Origin: Gammaproteobacteria bacterium
GTDB lineage: Bacteria > Pseudomonadota > Gammaproteobacteria > Magnimaribacterales > AG-339-G14
Direction of reading: 5' to 3'
DNA: 64,000 nucleotides
NCBI GenBank assembly: GCA_004213955.1
Contig: SGZL01000001.1
Location: 43,041-107,040, forward strand
Shown: piece after piece, positions 20,054 through 31,284 of the stretch
How positions within the stretch are numbered: the stretch's first letter is position 1
How the letters are laid out: every line of letters starts with the position of its first letter
Made by a program: the position numbers and the translations under genes
Notes under the pieces: generated by a model
Seen by the model: only the letters and a program-made list of their open reading frames with translations
Told to the model about the DNA's origin: nothing
Database searches by the model: none

Positions 20054-21175
20054 TTGAAAAATAATCAATCATTTAAAGGAAAGCTTAGCTTAAAATCAGG
20101 ACATACTTTTTTTGGTGAGATTTTTGGTTCGTTCGAACCCCAAGTTGGAGAAATAATTTTTAATACATCGATGTCAGGTTATCAAGAGATAATTACTGAC
20201 TTGTCCTACACTGATCAAATTATCTGTTTTACTTACCCTCATATTGGAAATGTTGGAACTAATGAAGAGGATTTAGAATCACTTTCTGGAGGATGCAAGG
20301 GAATTGTTATTAGGGAGATTACAAAAATTACAAGTAATTGGAGGAACAAAGAAGACTTATCCTCGTTCCTTAAAAAAAAGAATATAACTGGAATATCAGG
20401 AGTTGATACTAGAAAGTTAACTAGAATCTTAAGAGAAGAGGGCTCACAACCAGCTGTAATTTCAAAAGAAAAATATTCAGAAAACAAAATACAATCTTTA
20501 TTTGATTCATTCGGAGATTTGAAAGGGAAAGATTTGGCCAAGAAAGTTACATGTAAAAAAAAATACAATTGGGATGAAGGTTCAATAAATATAGAAAAAC
20601 CAGAAAAAAAATTTAAAGTTGTGGCCTATGATTTTGGAGTGAAACACAATATTTTACGTTTATTGGTGGATAGAGGCTGTGAAATTAAAGTAGTCTCGGC
20701 AAAAACTCCGCCCGAGGAAGTTTTAAAAATGAATCCAGATGGAATCTTTCTTTCTAATGGCCCGGGCGACCCCGATCCGTGTGATTATGCAATAAGCTCA
20801 ATTAAAGTAATGTTAGAAAAAAAATTACCTATTTTTGGAATTTGTCTTGGACATCAACTTTTAGGATTGGCTCTGGGCTTGAAAACAGAAAAAATGAAAT
20901 TTGGTCATCATGGAGCTAATCATCCTGTTAAGGATTTAAAAACTAATGAAGTATTCATAACAAGTCAAAATCATGGTTTCACTATCAGTGAAAGTAGCAT
21001 AAAAAACAATAATAATATTGAGGTCACTCATAGATCTCTATTTGATAACACCATTCAAGGCATTTCGTATAAAAATGGAAAAGCGTTTAGCTTTCAAGGT
21101 CATCCAGAAGCTAGTCCTGGGCCGCAAGACATTCGAGGGCTGTTCGATAAATTTATAAAAAATATGTCAAATTAG
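20054..21175 (+). CDS. carA: carbamoyl-phosphate synthase small subunit
   Basis: FNTSMSGYQE, LSNGPGDP, GICLGHQ, TSQNHGF, FQGHPEASPGP; TTG start. Confidence 0.96.
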   Translation: MKNNQSFKGKLSLKSGHTFFGEIFGSFEPQVGEIIFNTSMSGYQEIITDLSYTDQIICFTYPHIGNVGTNEEDLESLSGGCKGIVIREITKITSNWRNKEDLSSFLKKKNITGISGVDTRKLTRILREEGSQPAVISKEKYSENKIQSLFDSFGDLKGKDLAKKVTCKKKYNWDEGSINIEKPEKKFKVVAYDFGVKHNILRLLVDRGCEIKVVSAKTPPEEVLKMNPDGIFLSNGPGDPDPCDYAISSIKVMLEKKLPIFGICLGHQLLGLALGLKTEKMKFGHHGANHPVKDLKTNEVFITSQNHGFTISESSIKNNNNIEVTHRSLFDNTIQGISYKNGKAFSFQGHPEASPGPQDIRGLFDKFIKNMSN

Positions 21176-21181
21176 TACTTC

Positions 21182-24100
21182 ATGCCAAAAAGAAAAGATA
21201 TAAGTTCGATCCTGATTATAGGAGCAGGCCCAATTGTAATTGGTCAAGCATGTGAATTTGATTACTCTGGCGTTCAAGCATGCAAGGCTCTAAAAGAAGA
21301 AGGCTATAGAGTAATTTTAGTCAATTCAAATCCAGCAACAATCATGACTGATCCTGAGTTAGCAGATGCAACCTACATTGAACCAATAAATTGGGAATCT
21401 CTAAAAAAAATAATATCAAAAGAAAAGCCAGATGCAATCTTGCCTACGATGGGGGGACAAACTGGTTTAAATGCAGCTCTTGATTTAAGTAAGCATGGAG
21501 TTTTAAAAGAATTTAATGTCGAGTTAATCGGAGCAACTAAGGAAGCAATAGATAAAGCTGAAGATAGAGAAATGTTTGCTGAGTGTATGAAAAAAATAGG
21601 CCTTAAAACACCAAAAGCTGGTTTGGCTCATAATCTTGATGAAGCAAAGAAAATTCTAAAACTGGTTGGATTCCCATGCATTATTCGTCCTAATTTTACA
21701 ATGGGAGGCTCAGGAAGTGGTATAGCATACAATCCAGAAGAATTTGAAGAGATTTGTGAGAGGGGCTTAGATTTATCTCCCACCTCTGAGTTATATATTG
21801 ATCAATATTTATCTGGCTGGAAAGAGTACGAAATGGAGGTCGTAAGAGATAAAGCTGACAACTGCATTATTATTTGTAGCATAGAAAACTTTGATCCGAT
21901 GGGCGTTCATACTGGAGATTCTATTACTGTTGCTCCAGCGCAAACGCTTACTGACAAGGAATATCAAAACATGAGAAACGCTTCAATGGCAATTTTGAGA
22001 GAGATAGGTGTAGAAACAGGCGGATCAAATGTGCAATTTTCAATAAACCCAGAAAATGGAGATATGATAATAATTGAGATGAACCCTAGAGTTTCAAGAT
22101 CTTCAGCATTAGCTTCTAAAGCAACTGGATTTCCAATAGCAAAAATTGCTGCAAAATTAGCTGTCGGTTTTACATTAGATGAATTGAAAAACGATATCAG
22201 TGGCGATGGAATACCGGCATCTTTTGAACCTACGATAGATTATGTTGTTACTAAAATTCCTAGATTTAATTTTGAAAAATTTCCTGGAGCAGATGAAATT
22301 TTAACTTCACAAATGAAATCAGTAGGAGAAGTTATGGCCATAGGGTCATCATTTCAAGAGTCCTTTCAAAAAGCAATACGAGGATTAGAAATTGGAAAAA
22401 GTGGATTAGAGGAACTTGATGTTAAGCCAACAAAATCAGAAATTCGTTCTAGATTAATTTCTCCAACTCCTGAGAGAATATTTTATATTGCAGAAGCTTT
22501 CAGAAATAACCATAAATTAGAAGAGATTTTTGATTTAACAGGCATTGATCCATGGTTTTTATCTGAACTTGAAGAATTAGTAATTTACGAAAAAGAAATT
22601 CAGAAAAAAGGATTCTTAGACGATAAACAGGCATTCATTGGAGCAAAAAAAAGAGGCTTTTCTGATGAAAGAATAGCCCAACTTTTAAAAATAAATGAGG
22701 GCGATGTAAGAAATAAAAGAAAAAAATTACAGATAAATCCTGTTTTTAAAAGAGTTGACACTTGCGGAGCAGAATTTAGAACGACAACTGCTTATATGTA
22801 TTCAACTTATCAGGATGAATGTGAATCAGAACCAACAAAAAATAAAAAGATTATGGTCCTTGGCGGCGGTCCCAATAGAATAGGTCAAGGAATAGAATTT
22901 GATTATTGCTGTGTACACGCTGCTCAAGCTTTAAAAGAAGATGGATATGAAACAATTATGGTTAACTGTAATCCTGAGACAGTTTCTACGGATTATGATA
23001 CTTCTGACCGTTTATATTTTGAACCCATTACATTAGAAGACGTAATTGAAATTGTGGATCTTGAAAAACCAGAAGGCTTGATAATTCAATATGGTGGACA
23101 AACCCCTTTAAAGTTAGCAAGCGCTCTTGAAAGCTTAAACATTCCAATTCTTGGAACTTCCCCGGATCAGATAGATTTATCAGAAGATAGAGAAAGGTTT
23201 TTAAATTTTGTGAAGAAAAATAATTTAACACAGCCACCAAATGGTATGGCTTCAAATGAAAAACAAGCTCTCAAAGTAGCCAATATGATCGGTTATCCAT
23301 TAGTTGTCAGACCCTCTTATGTCCTGGGCGGTAGAGCAATGGAAATTGTTTACGATGATAAAGATTTAGTAAAGTATTTAAATACTGCATTTAAGGTAAA
23401 TGATTCCAATCCTGTACTTCTTGATAGATTCCTAGATATTGCTATTGAGTTCGATGTTGAAGCAATTAGTGATGGAGATGAAATAGTTATCTGCGGAATT
23501 TTGCAACATATTGAGCAAGCAGGTGTCCATTCAGGAGATTCTGCTTGTTCCATTCCTCCTTACGACATTTCTAAAACTGTAATTAAAAAAATTAAGGTTG
23601 AAGTAAACAAAGTCATTTCTAATATGAAGATTGTTGGATTAGTAAATGTTCAATTAGCCTATGTTAATGATCAGGTCTATCTTCTTGAAGTAAACCCTAG
23701 AGCTTCAAGGACCATACCTTTTGTTTCAAAAGCATTAGGTGTTCCGTTAGCAAGAATTGCAGCTAAAGTCATGGCTGGAAAAAGTCTAAAAGAATTAAAT
23801 TTTAAAGGAGTTCCAGATATAAAACGTTTCTGTGTCAAAGAGGCTGTAATGCCATTTAATAAATTTCAAAATGTTGATCCCATATTAGGTCCTGAAATGC
23901 GATCCACAGGAGAAGTTATGGGTATCGGTAATACTTTTGCAGAGGCTTTTGAGAAAGCTGAAGTTGCTGCAGGAGTAGAAATTCCTAAAACTGGATGTGC
24001 TTTCATTAGTGTTAGAGATACAGATAAACAGTTTTTATCTGAGATTATCACTTCTTTAAACCAAGAAGGGTTTAAACTTATTGCAACTAAAGGAACTGCT

Positions 24101-24373
24101 GCCGTCATTAAAGATATGGGATTTAAAGTTAAACAAATTAAAAAAGTTTTGGAAGGTAGGCCCAACATAATAGATTTAATGAAAAATAAAGAAGTAAATC
24201 TTGTTATAAATACTACCGAAGGCAGAGAGTCTATAAAGGATTCAGCTTCTATAAGGAGAACAGCTTTAGATCAAAAAATATGTTGTACAACAACAATTCA
24301 AGGAGCCAAAGCTATATGCGAAGTTTTATCAAAAAAAGTTGATTGGTCTTATCAAAAATTACAAGAAATTTAA
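21182..24373 (+). CDS. carB: carbamoyl-phosphate synthase large subunit
   Basis: [17 protein letters not shown], duplicated ATP-grasp, MGS domain. Confidence 0.98.
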   Translation: MPKRKDISSILIIGAGPIVIGQACEFDYSGVQACKALKEEGYRVILVNSNPATIMTDPELADATYIEPINWESLKKIISKEKPDAILPTMGGQTGLNAALDLSKHGVLKEFNVELIGATKEAIDKAEDREMFAECMKKIGLKTPKAGLAHNLDEAKKILKLVGFPCIIRPNFTMGGSGSGIAYNPEEFEEICERGLDLSPTSELYIDQYLSGWKEYEMEVVRDKADNCIIICSIENFDPMGVHTGDSITVAPAQTLTDKEYQNMRNASMAILREIGVETGGSNVQFSINPENGDMIIIEMNPRVSRSSALASKATGFPIAKIAAKLAVGFTLDELKNDISGDGIPASFEPTIDYVVTKIPRFNFEKFPGADEILTSQMKSVGEVMAIGSSFQESFQKAIRGLEIGKSGLEELDVKPTKSEIRSRLISPTPERIFYIAEAFRNNHKLEEIFDLTGIDPWFLSELEELVIYEKEIQKKGFLDDKQAFIGAKKRGFSDERIAQLLKINEGDVRNKRKKLQINPVFKRVDTCGAEFRTTTAYMYSTYQDECESEPTKNKKIMVLGGGPNRIGQGIEFDYCCVHAAQALKEDGYETIMVNCNPETVSTDYDTSDRLYFEPITLEDVIEIVDLEKPEGLIIQYGGQTPLKLASALESLNIPILGTSPDQIDLSEDRERFLNFVKKNNLTQPPNGMASNEKQALKVANMIGYPLVVRPSYVLGGRAMEIVYDDKDLVKYLNTAFKVNDSNPVLLDRFLDIAIEFDVEAISDGDEIVICGILQHIEQAGVHSGDSACSIPPYDISKTVIKKIKVEVNKVISNMKIVGLVNVQLAYVNDQVYLLEVNPRASRTIPFVSKALGVPLARIAAKVMAGKSLKELNFKGVPDIKRFCVKEAVMPFNKFQNVDPILGPEMRSTGEVMGIGNTFAEAFEKAEVAAGVEIPKTGCAFISVRDTDKQFLSEIITSLNQEGFKLIATKGTAAVIKDMGFKVKQIKKVLEGRPNIIDLMKNKEVNLVINTTEGRESIKDSASIRRTALDQKICCTTTIQGAKAICEVLSKKVDWSYQKLQEI

Positions 24374-24379
24374 TTAGAT

Positions 24380-24856
24380 ATGTCTGATAGAGAGCCAATG
24401 ACAGTAGAAGGAGAGTTAGGTTTGCAAACTGAACTTCAGACTCTTTTGAAAGAAAGACCAAAAATTTCAAAAGCCATTGCAGAGGCTAGAGAATTTGGCG
24501 ATCTCAAAGAAAACGCAGAATACCACGCTGCTAAGGAGCAGCAGGGCATTTCAGAGGCAAGGATAAGGGAAATTGAATCAAAACTTTCAAGATCTCAAGT
24601 AATAAATATAAAGGAAATCCCAGAAATGGGAAAAGTTATTTTTGGCGCTACAATTAATCTATATGAGATTGATAACAACCAAGAAGTTAATTATAAAATT
24701 GTTGGAGAAGATGAAGCTGATGTAAAACAAGGAAAGATTTCTTTTTCCTCTCCCATCTCTAGAGCAATGATTGGTAAGGAAGCAGGTGAAACCATAAAAT
24801 TTGAAAGTCCCTCTGGAACTAAAGAATACGAAATAATCTCAATACATCATATTTAA
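24380..24856 (+). CDS. greA: transcription elongation factor GreA
   Basis: [24 protein letters not shown]; follows carB. Confidence 0.96.
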   Translation: MSDREPMTVEGELGLQTELQTLLKERPKISKAIAEAREFGDLKENAEYHAAKEQQGISEARIREIESKLSRSQVINIKEIPEMGKVIFGATINLYEIDNNQEVNYKIVGEDEADVKQGKISFSSPISRAMIGKEAGETIKFESPSGTKEYEIISIHHI

Positions 24857-24861
24857 ATCGC

Positions 24862-25440
24862 ATGTCTAGAAGTTCTTCATATTTCAAGGGAGAAAAATTT
24901 AATGCTTTGGCAAAAAAAGAAGGATATAGATCAAGAGCAGCTTATAAACTTATCCAGATACAAAAAGATTATAAAATAATCAAATCTGGAGATAACATTC
25001 TTGACTTGGGATCTTCCCCGGGAGGTTGGTCTCAGGTAGCTAGTAGTATTTTAAAAGGAACTGGTTCAATTATTGCTATTGACATTCTTCCAATGAAAAA
25101 AATTACTAATGTTGATTTTCATCAGATAGATTTAAATGATGTAAGTAAAATAGACATACTAGAATCCTCTATTGTTTTATCAGATATTGCCCCCAATATT
25201 AGTGGAGTAAATGTTATCGATAACGAAAATATGATTTCCTTATTAGAAATAGAGATAAGTATAGTAGACAAATTTCTACAAATTGGTGGAAAATACTTAT
25301 GTAAATGTTTTGAAGGCGAATCTTTGAATTTTTTAAATAGTAAACTTAAAGATCGCTTTGAAATTGTAAAAAGAATTAAACCCGATGCATCGAGATCAAC
25401 TTCAAAGGAATGTTATGTCTTGGGCATTGAAAAGAAATAG
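24862..25440 (+). CDS. rlmE: 23S rRNA Um2552 methyltransferase
   Basis: GYRSRAAYKL, DLGSSPGGWSQ, SDIAPN, K-D-K-E tetrad positions; precedes ftsH. Confidence 0.92.
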   Translation: MSRSSSYFKGEKFNALAKKEGYRSRAAYKLIQIQKDYKIIKSGDNILDLGSSPGGWSQVASSILKGTGSIIAIDILPMKKITNVDFHQIDLNDVSKIDILESSIVLSDIAPNISGVNVIDNENMISLLEIEISIVDKFLQIGGKYLCKCFEGESLNFLNSKLKDRFEIVKRIKPDASRSTSKECYVLGIEKK

Positions 25441-25449
25441 AGAAAAGAT

Positions 25450-27357
25450 ATGTCACAATTTTTAAGAAATACTTTCATTTGGCTTTTTATTGCTGGTGCA
25501 ACTTTTTTTGCATTACAAAATTTTAATCAAGGCCCCTCATCTCAGAATATGACTTATTCAGAGTTTGTTTCTCTCGTCAATAAAGATCAAATTGCTAGTG
25601 TGTCATTTCAAGGCGATGGGTATACCATTAACGGCTTCAAAGATGATGGCACTCCTTTTACTACCACTAGACCAATTTATGTTCAAGATAATCAACTTAT
25701 GGATGATTTATTTGAGCATCAGGTTGAAGTTTTTGGAGAGGAGCCACAAACAGAAAGTATTTGGACTCAATTATTAGTAGCAAGTTTTCCAATTTTAATA
25801 ATTTTAGCAATCTTTTTCTTCTTCATGCGTCAGATGCAAGGAGGTATGGGAGGTAGAGGCGGCCCAATGAGTTTTGGCAAAAGTAAAGCCAAAATGCTCG
25901 AAGGCGGAAAAGTTAAAACAACTTTCAAAGACGTAGCAGGTGTTGAGGAAGCTAAAGAAGAGGTTCAAGAGCTAGTTGATTTCCTCAGAGATCCTTCAAA
26001 GTTTCAAAGGTTGGGTGGAAAAATACCAAGAGGTATTTTGATGAGCGGCTCTCCAGGAACAGGTAAGACACTTCTTGCTAGAGCTATTGCAGGTGAGGCT
26101 CAAGTTCCATTTTTTTCAATTTCAGGTTCAGATTTTGTTGAAATGTTTGTCGGTGTTGGAGCTTCTAGAGTTAGAGATATGTTTGAACAAGCTAAAAGGC
26201 AAGCTCCTTGTATAGTCTTTATTGATGAGATAGATGCAGTTGGTAGACATAGAGGAGCAGGACTCGGTGGTGGTCACGACGAAAGAGAGCAAACTTTAAA
26301 CCAGCTTCTTGTAGAAATGGATGGTTTTGAGGCAAATGAGGGCATTATTATAATTGCTGCCACCAACAGACCTGATGTTTTGGATCCAGCACTTTTAAGG
26401 CCTGGACGATTTGATAGACAAGTTGTTGTCCCACTTCCTGACATAAAAGGCCGTGAGCAAATTTTAAAGGTGCATTGTAGAAATGTTCCTATTTCAGAAA
26501 ATGTTGAATTATCCTTTATAGCGAGAGGTACTCCAGGTTTTTCAGGAGCGGATCTGGCAAATTTGGTTAACGAGGCTGCACTATTTTCTGCCAGATCTGG
26601 TAAGAAAAAAATCTCTATGAATGAATTAGAGCTAGCCAAAGATAAAGTAATGATGGGAGCCGAGAGGAAATCAATGGTAATGAGCCTTGAAGAAAAAACA
26701 AGAACAGCCTACCACGAAGCTGGCCACGCTATCGTCGGACGAGAATTAAAAGAGCATGATCCAGTTTACAAGGTCTCTATTATTCCAAGAGGTAGAGCCC
26801 TGGGAGTAACCGTTTTTCTTCCTGAAGAAGATAGATACAGTCTAAGCAAGCAAGGCATTATTGATAGAATTTGCGGTCTTTTCGGCGGAAGAATAGCAGA
26901 AGAACTAATTTATGGTGATAAGGGCGTTACTACTGGAGCGTCTAATGACATTGAAAGAGCTACTGAACTAGCAAGAAATATGGTCACTAAATGGGGATTA
27001 TCTGAAAAATTAGGTCCTATGAGATACGAAGAAGAAAACGATGAGCCTTTTCTAGGAAGATCTGCTTCCAACACTTCTACAGTTTTTTCAGATCAAACTG
27101 CTAAGCTTATAGACGAAGAATCCAAGAAAATTATCGATAAATGTTACAAAACAGCAACAGATTTGCTGAATAAAAACATTGAAAAACTTCATGCTATGGC
27201 AAAAGCTTTAGTAGAATTTGAGACGCTCAATACAGACCAAATTGATGACATTATGGTAGGAGCAAAACCAAGATCAGGTGAATCCGATGATTCTGGAACA
27301 AAAACTCCTCGAAAAAAATCAAACCCATCTATCTCTGATCCAGCAAATCAAACATAG
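25450..27357 (+). CDS. ftsH: ATP-dependent zinc metalloprotease FtsH
   Basis: 2 TM, Walker [17 protein letters not shown] zinc motif. Confidence 0.98.
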   Translation: MSQFLRNTFIWLFIAGATFFALQNFNQGPSSQNMTYSEFVSLVNKDQIASVSFQGDGYTINGFKDDGTPFTTTRPIYVQDNQLMDDLFEHQVEVFGEEPQTESIWTQLLVASFPILIILAIFFFFMRQMQGGMGGRGGPMSFGKSKAKMLEGGKVKTTFKDVAGVEEAKEEVQELVDFLRDPSKFQRLGGKIPRGILMSGSPGTGKTLLARAIAGEAQVPFFSISGSDFVEMFVGVGASRVRDMFEQAKRQAPCIVFIDEIDAVGRHRGAGLGGGHDEREQTLNQLLVEMDGFEANEGIIIIAATNRPDVLDPALLRPGRFDRQVVVPLPDIKGREQILKVHCRNVPISENVELSFIARGTPGFSGADLANLVNEAALFSARSGKKKISMNELELAKDKVMMGAERKSMVMSLEEKTRTAYHEAGHAIVGRELKEHDPVYKVSIIPRGRALGVTVFLPEEDRYSLSKQGIIDRICGLFGGRIAEELIYGDKGVTTGASNDIERATELARNMVTKWGLSEKLGPMRYEEENDEPFLGRSASNTSTVFSDQTAKLIDEESKKIIDKCYKTATDLLNKNIEKLHAMAKALVEFETLNTDQIDDIMVGAKPRSGESDDSGTKTPRKKSNPSISDPANQT

Positions 27358-27363
27358 TTTCTA

Positions 27364-28167
27364 ATGTTGTTTGGAGATAAGGAGCTTATCTTTGATAAGC
27401 CTCTTATTATGGGCGTTATAAATCTTACTCCTGATTCATTTTCTGATGGAGGTAAATTTTTAAAAAAAAATTCAAAGACTATTTTAGATATAGATAAAAT
27501 TTCTTTTGAGCTTGACCAGCTAGAGAAAGATGGGGCTTCTTTTATTGATATTGGAGCGGAATCTACAAGACCAGGGCATACTAAAATTTCTCCAGAGGAA
27601 GAGCTAGATAGGTTAATGCCCGCATTAGAATTAATATCAAATTCAAATTGTGTAATTTCAATCGATTCTAGAAAACCAGAAATAATAAGAGAAGTTTTAA
27701 ATTATCCTATTGGGTTAATTAATGATGTTAGCTCTTTAGATTCCATAGCATCCAAAGAATTGATAAGAGATCATAATATTCCAGTATGTGTTATGCACAA
27801 TACTCGAAATAAACTAATTTCGATTGAAGACGATATCCATAATTTTTTCAATAAAAAGATTAATGAATTAACTTCATTTGGAATACCAAAGAATAATATT
27901 ATTTTGGATCCTGGATTTGGTTATGACAAATCTTTGGAAGACAATAAAAAGTTATTATTCGAGGTTGACTATTCTCGTTATGAAAATAAATTACTTATAG
28001 GGCTTTCTAGAAAAAGGTTTTTAAATAAAATATTTCAAAAGTCAGAATTAAAGGATTTAGACGAAAAATCTACCTTTGCTAGTATAATTGCATCAGAAAG
28101 AGGAGCGAATATTTTGAGAATTCATAATGTTTCTATGTTGTCTTCGAAAATAAATGAATCGAAATAA
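27364..28167 (+). CDS. folP: dihydropteroate synthase
   Basis: MGVINLTPDSFSDGG, IGAESTRPG, LDPGFG, GLSRKRF, RIHNV. Confidence 0.93.
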   Translation: MLFGDKELIFDKPLIMGVINLTPDSFSDGGKFLKKNSKTILDIDKISFELDQLEKDGASFIDIGAESTRPGHTKISPEEELDRLMPALELISNSNCVISIDSRKPEIIREVLNYPIGLINDVSSLDSIASKELIRDHNIPVCVMHNTRNKLISIEDDIHNFFNKKINELTSFGIPKNNIILDPGFGYDKSLEDNKKLLFEVDYSRYENKLLIGLSRKRFLNKIFQKSELKDLDEKSTFASIIASERGANILRIHNVSMLSSKINESK

Positions 28168-29516
28168 TGTTAAAAAGAATTAAGAATAAGTACTTTGGAA
28201 CTGATGGGGTCAGAGGACCTATTAATAAAAATACTAATCCAGAATTTGTTTTAAAACTTGGCTGGGCAGCAGGAAAAGTATTTTCTGAAAATGGTATTAA
28301 TTCAGTAATTATTGGAAAGGATACAAGAATCTCAGGTTATTTATTAGAAACTGCAATTCAGTCTGGATTCATATCTGCGGGAATAGACGTCAAATTAGTA
28401 GGGCCTTTACCTACTCCTGCGGTTGCCCACTTAGCAAATAGTTTTAAAAATACTGCTGGAGTAGTTATTAGTGCTTCGCATAACTCATATAAAGATAATG
28501 GAATAAAATTTTTCGACAATAAAGGAAAGAAATTAAGTAAAGAGTTAGAGCTTCAAATAGAGGCATTAGTTGATCAAAAAATTGATGTTGTTAACGTGGA
28601 AGAATTAGGAAAAGCTTCGAGAATATCAGATGCTGGAGGAAGGTATGTAGAGTTTTGTAAAAAATCCTTGGTTAAAAATGAAGATTTTTCTGGTTTGAAA
28701 CTGGTTTTAGATGTTGCAAATGGGGCGGCTTATGATGTTGCGCCAAAAGTTTTTAAAGAATTAGGCGCTGACTTAACAGTAATATCAAACAATCCTAATG
28801 GATTGAATATAAATGAAAATTGCGGTTCGACAAATATAGAGTTCTTAAAAAAAGCTGTTGCTGAATGTGAAGCTGATTTTGGTTTAGCTTTAGATGGAGA
28901 CGGAGATAGATTAATTTTCATTGGAAAGGACTTAAATGAAATCGATGGAGATCAGATTCTTTACTTGCTTGCCAAGGAAAAGTTTCAGCACAACATTTAT
29001 TTAGGAACTAAAGGCGTGGTTGGAACATTGATGAGTAACCAAGGGCTTGTAGATGCTTTAAATGAAATTGATATTGAGCTTGTTAGGTCTGATGTAGGCG
29101 ATAGAAATGTATTTGAAAAACTTGAAGAATTAGGCTGGGAATTAGGTGGGGAGCAATCAGGACATATTATCTGTTTAGACTCTGCAATAACTGGAGATGC
29201 AATAATTGCCTCAATTAAACTTCTTGATGCAATAGATTTTTCTTACGAAACATTTAAAGAGAAAATTAAAGATTTTAAGAAATATCCTCAGATATTAAGA
29301 AACATTAAAACTTCTGATCCTGACAAAATTTTAAAAAATAAAAAATTCAACGATTTGAGAAAAAAATGTGAGAATGAAATAAAAGATATTGGAAGGATAA
29401 ATGTTAGGAAATCTGGCACCGAAAGCTTATTAAGGATAATGGTAGAGAGTAATGACTCTTCTACTACTAAGTTAATCTCAAACAAATTAGCAGATTTAGC
29501 AATAGATTTATCGTGA
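28167..29516 (+). CDS. glmM: phosphoglucosamine mutase
   Basis: FGTDGVRG, SASHN, DGDGDR, GGEQSGH. Confidence 0.96.
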   Translation: MLKRIKNKYFGTDGVRGPINKNTNPEFVLKLGWAAGKVFSENGINSVIIGKDTRISGYLLETAIQSGFISAGIDVKLVGPLPTPAVAHLANSFKNTAGVVISASHNSYKDNGIKFFDNKGKKLSKELELQIEALVDQKIDVVNVEELGKASRISDAGGRYVEFCKKSLVKNEDFSGLKLVLDVANGAAYDVAPKVFKELGADLTVISNNPNGLNINENCGSTNIEFLKKAVAECEADFGLALDGDGDRLIFIGKDLNEIDGDQILYLLAKEKFQHNIYLGTKGVVGTLMSNQGLVDALNEIDIELVRSDVGDRNVFEKLEELGWELGGEQSGHIICLDSAITGDAIIASIKLLDAIDFSYETFKEKIKDFKKYPQILRNIKTSDPDKILKNKKFNDLRKKCENEIKDIGRINVRKSGTESLLRIMVESNDSSTTKLISNKLADLAIDLS

Positions 29517-30247
29517 AATATCTCATAGCTAATTGGAAAATGAATCTAATTAATTCTAAGAGTTGGATTTTGGAATTTAATAAAAATCTTAATAGTTTTA
29601 ATCTTAGTGAAGATTTAAAAATTGTTATCTGCCCGAATTATGTCCAGTTGTCTGAATTTACAAAAAATTTTTCAGCGAAAATAAAATTAAGTATTGGAGC
29701 GCAGAATGTATCAGAAAAAAACTCAGGAGCATTTACTGGCGAGGTTTCTGCTGAACACTTATCAGAAATATCAAAAATTGATTTTTGTATAATAGGACAT
29801 TCTGAAAGAAGATGTTTGGGTGAGACAGATGAAATAATTAAAGGAAAAGTTAAGCAATTATTATCAAAAAATATAACTCCAATAATTTGTGTTGGAGAAA
29901 GTCATGAAATTCAAGAAAAAGGTGAAACAGAAAAATTTCTTTCTTCGCAGTTAGAGTTGATTATAAAAGATCAAAATCTAGATATTAATTCTTGTATTTT
30001 TGCATATGAGCCTTTGTGGGCTATTGGAAAAGGAGTTCCCGCCGATCTTAAATTAATAAACTCCTCTATTTCACATATTAAGAGCATATTTAATTCCAAT
30101 AATTTAGATTTAGATATTTTATATGGCGGAAGTGTTGACAGTAAAAACTCAAGGGAAATTTTGTCTGTTGATAATGTTTCAGGACTATTAGTTGGAAATT
30201 CTTCGCTAGATGGAAAAGAATTTGCTAATATCGCCAAAAATTTTTAA
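29513..30247 (+). CDS. tpiA: triosephosphate isomerase
   Basis: ANWKMN, GHSERR, AYEPLWAIG, LYGGSV; GTG start. Confidence 0.95.
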   Translation: MKYLIANWKMNLINSKSWILEFNKNLNSFNLSEDLKIVICPNYVQLSEFTKNFSAKIKLSIGAQNVSEKNSGAFTGEVSAEHLSEISKIDFCIIGHSERRCLGETDEIIKGKVKQLLSKNITPIICVGESHEIQEKGETEKFLSSQLELIIKDQNLDINSCIFAYEPLWAIGKGVPADLKLINSSISHIKSIFNSNNLDLDILYGGSVDSKNSREILSVDNVSGLLVGNSSLDGKEFANIAKNF

Positions 30248-30249
30248 TA

Positions 30250-30570
30250 ATGCTTACTTTTTTAATTGGCTTACAGATTTTTATAGCAGTCTTACTTGTG
30301 GCAATTATATTGCTTCAAAACGGAAAAGGGGCTGATATTGGCTCTGCATTTGGAAGTGGAAACAATAATGGAATGTTGGGTCCTATAGAGTCAGGCACTA
30401 TCTTGACTTCAATCACATGGATACTTGTCTTACTTTTCTTTATTAATACTCTTAGCATATCCGTTTATCAAAAAATAAATCTTGATACGGAGTTAGAAAT
30501 ATTTTCTGAGCGCCTAGATACAGAAGAAAAATCAGACGAAATCCTAGAAATTGACGATTTACCTGACTAA
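30250..30570 (+). CDS. secG: preprotein translocase subunit SecG
   Basis: ILLQNGKGADIGSAFG between two TMs; tpiA-secG-tRNA-Leu order. Confidence 0.92.
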   Translation: MLTFLIGLQIFIAVLLVAIILLQNGKGADIGSAFGSGNNNGMLGPIESGTILTSITWILVLLFFINTLSISVYQKINLDTELEIFSERLDTEEKSDEILEIDDLPD

Positions 30571-30574
30571 AATT

Positions 30575-30661
30575 GCCGAAGTGGTGGAACTGGTAGACAC
30601 GCTATCTTGAGGGGGTAGTGAGCTATTGCTCGTGGAGGTTCAAATCCTCTCTTCGGCACCA
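30575..30661 (+). tRNA. tRNA-Leu(GAG)
   Basis: GCCGAAG/CTTCGGC acceptor stem, anticodon arm CTATC-TTGAGGG-GGTAG, long variable arm, GGTTCAAATCC, encoded CCA. Confidence 0.96.
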
Positions 30662-30667
30662 ATTTAC

Positions 30668-30696
30668 TTGACCAAATTTAATGTAAATCCTATACT
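30668..30696 (+). promoter_or_regulatory. sigma70-type promoter for tRNA-fMet-rimP-nusA-infB
   Basis: TTGACC-17 bp-TATACT, 12 nt before the tRNA. Confidence 0.7.
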
Positions 30697-30708
30697 CCTG
30701 CGACTTAT

Positions 30709-30784
<76 letters not shown>

Positions 30785-30785
<1 letters not shown>

Positions 30786-30809
30786 AATAGGCCCTTTATG
30801 GGCCTATTT
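30785..30809 (+). terminator. hairpin after tRNA-fMet (weak terminator or processing site)
   Basis: AAATAGGCCC-TTTAT-GGGCCTATTT: perfect 10-bp stem, short U tract. Confidence 0.55.
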
Positions 30810-30820
30810 AATATAATATT

Positions 30821-31282
30821 ATGGATGTAAAAGAAAAGATAAAATCGCTGCTAGAAAATGATATTAATGACCTTGGGTATATTATTTGGGGTTTAGAAAT
30901 ATCAGGTAATTCTTCTTCTAAATTAGTGAGACTTTTTATTGATAAAACTAATGGAAATATAGATTTATTTGATTGTGAAAAGGTTAGTAATCAGGCTATA
31001 GAAATTCTAAACAATTCAGATTTCATAGATTTCAAATATCGACTAGAAGTTTCTTCTCCAGGTATAGATAGAAGTTTTTTTGGCTTTGAACAACATAAAG
31101 AGTTTATTGGAAATTTAATAGAAGTTAAATTTAGAATTGAAAATAAAAATAAGACTATCAGAGGAGAGTTAATCGAATTTGATAAAGATTTTTTACAGGT
31201 AAAATTAGAAAATGATAATTACGAAAAAATTAAATCATCTAATTATTTATCTTCAAAATTAATTTATCAGGAGCTTATATAA
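30821..31282 (+). CDS. rimP: ribosome maturation factor RimP
   Basis: VRLFID, DCEKVS, YRLEVSSPGIDR; upstream of nusA. Confidence 0.92.
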   Translation: MDVKEKIKSLLENDINDLGYIIWGLEISGNSSSKLVRLFIDKTNGNIDLFDCEKVSNQAIEILNNSDFIDFKYRLEVSSPGIDRSFFGFEQHKEFIGNLIEVKFRIENKNKTIRGELIEFDKDFLQVKLENDNYEKIKSSNYLSSKLIYQELI

Positions 31283-31284
31283 AA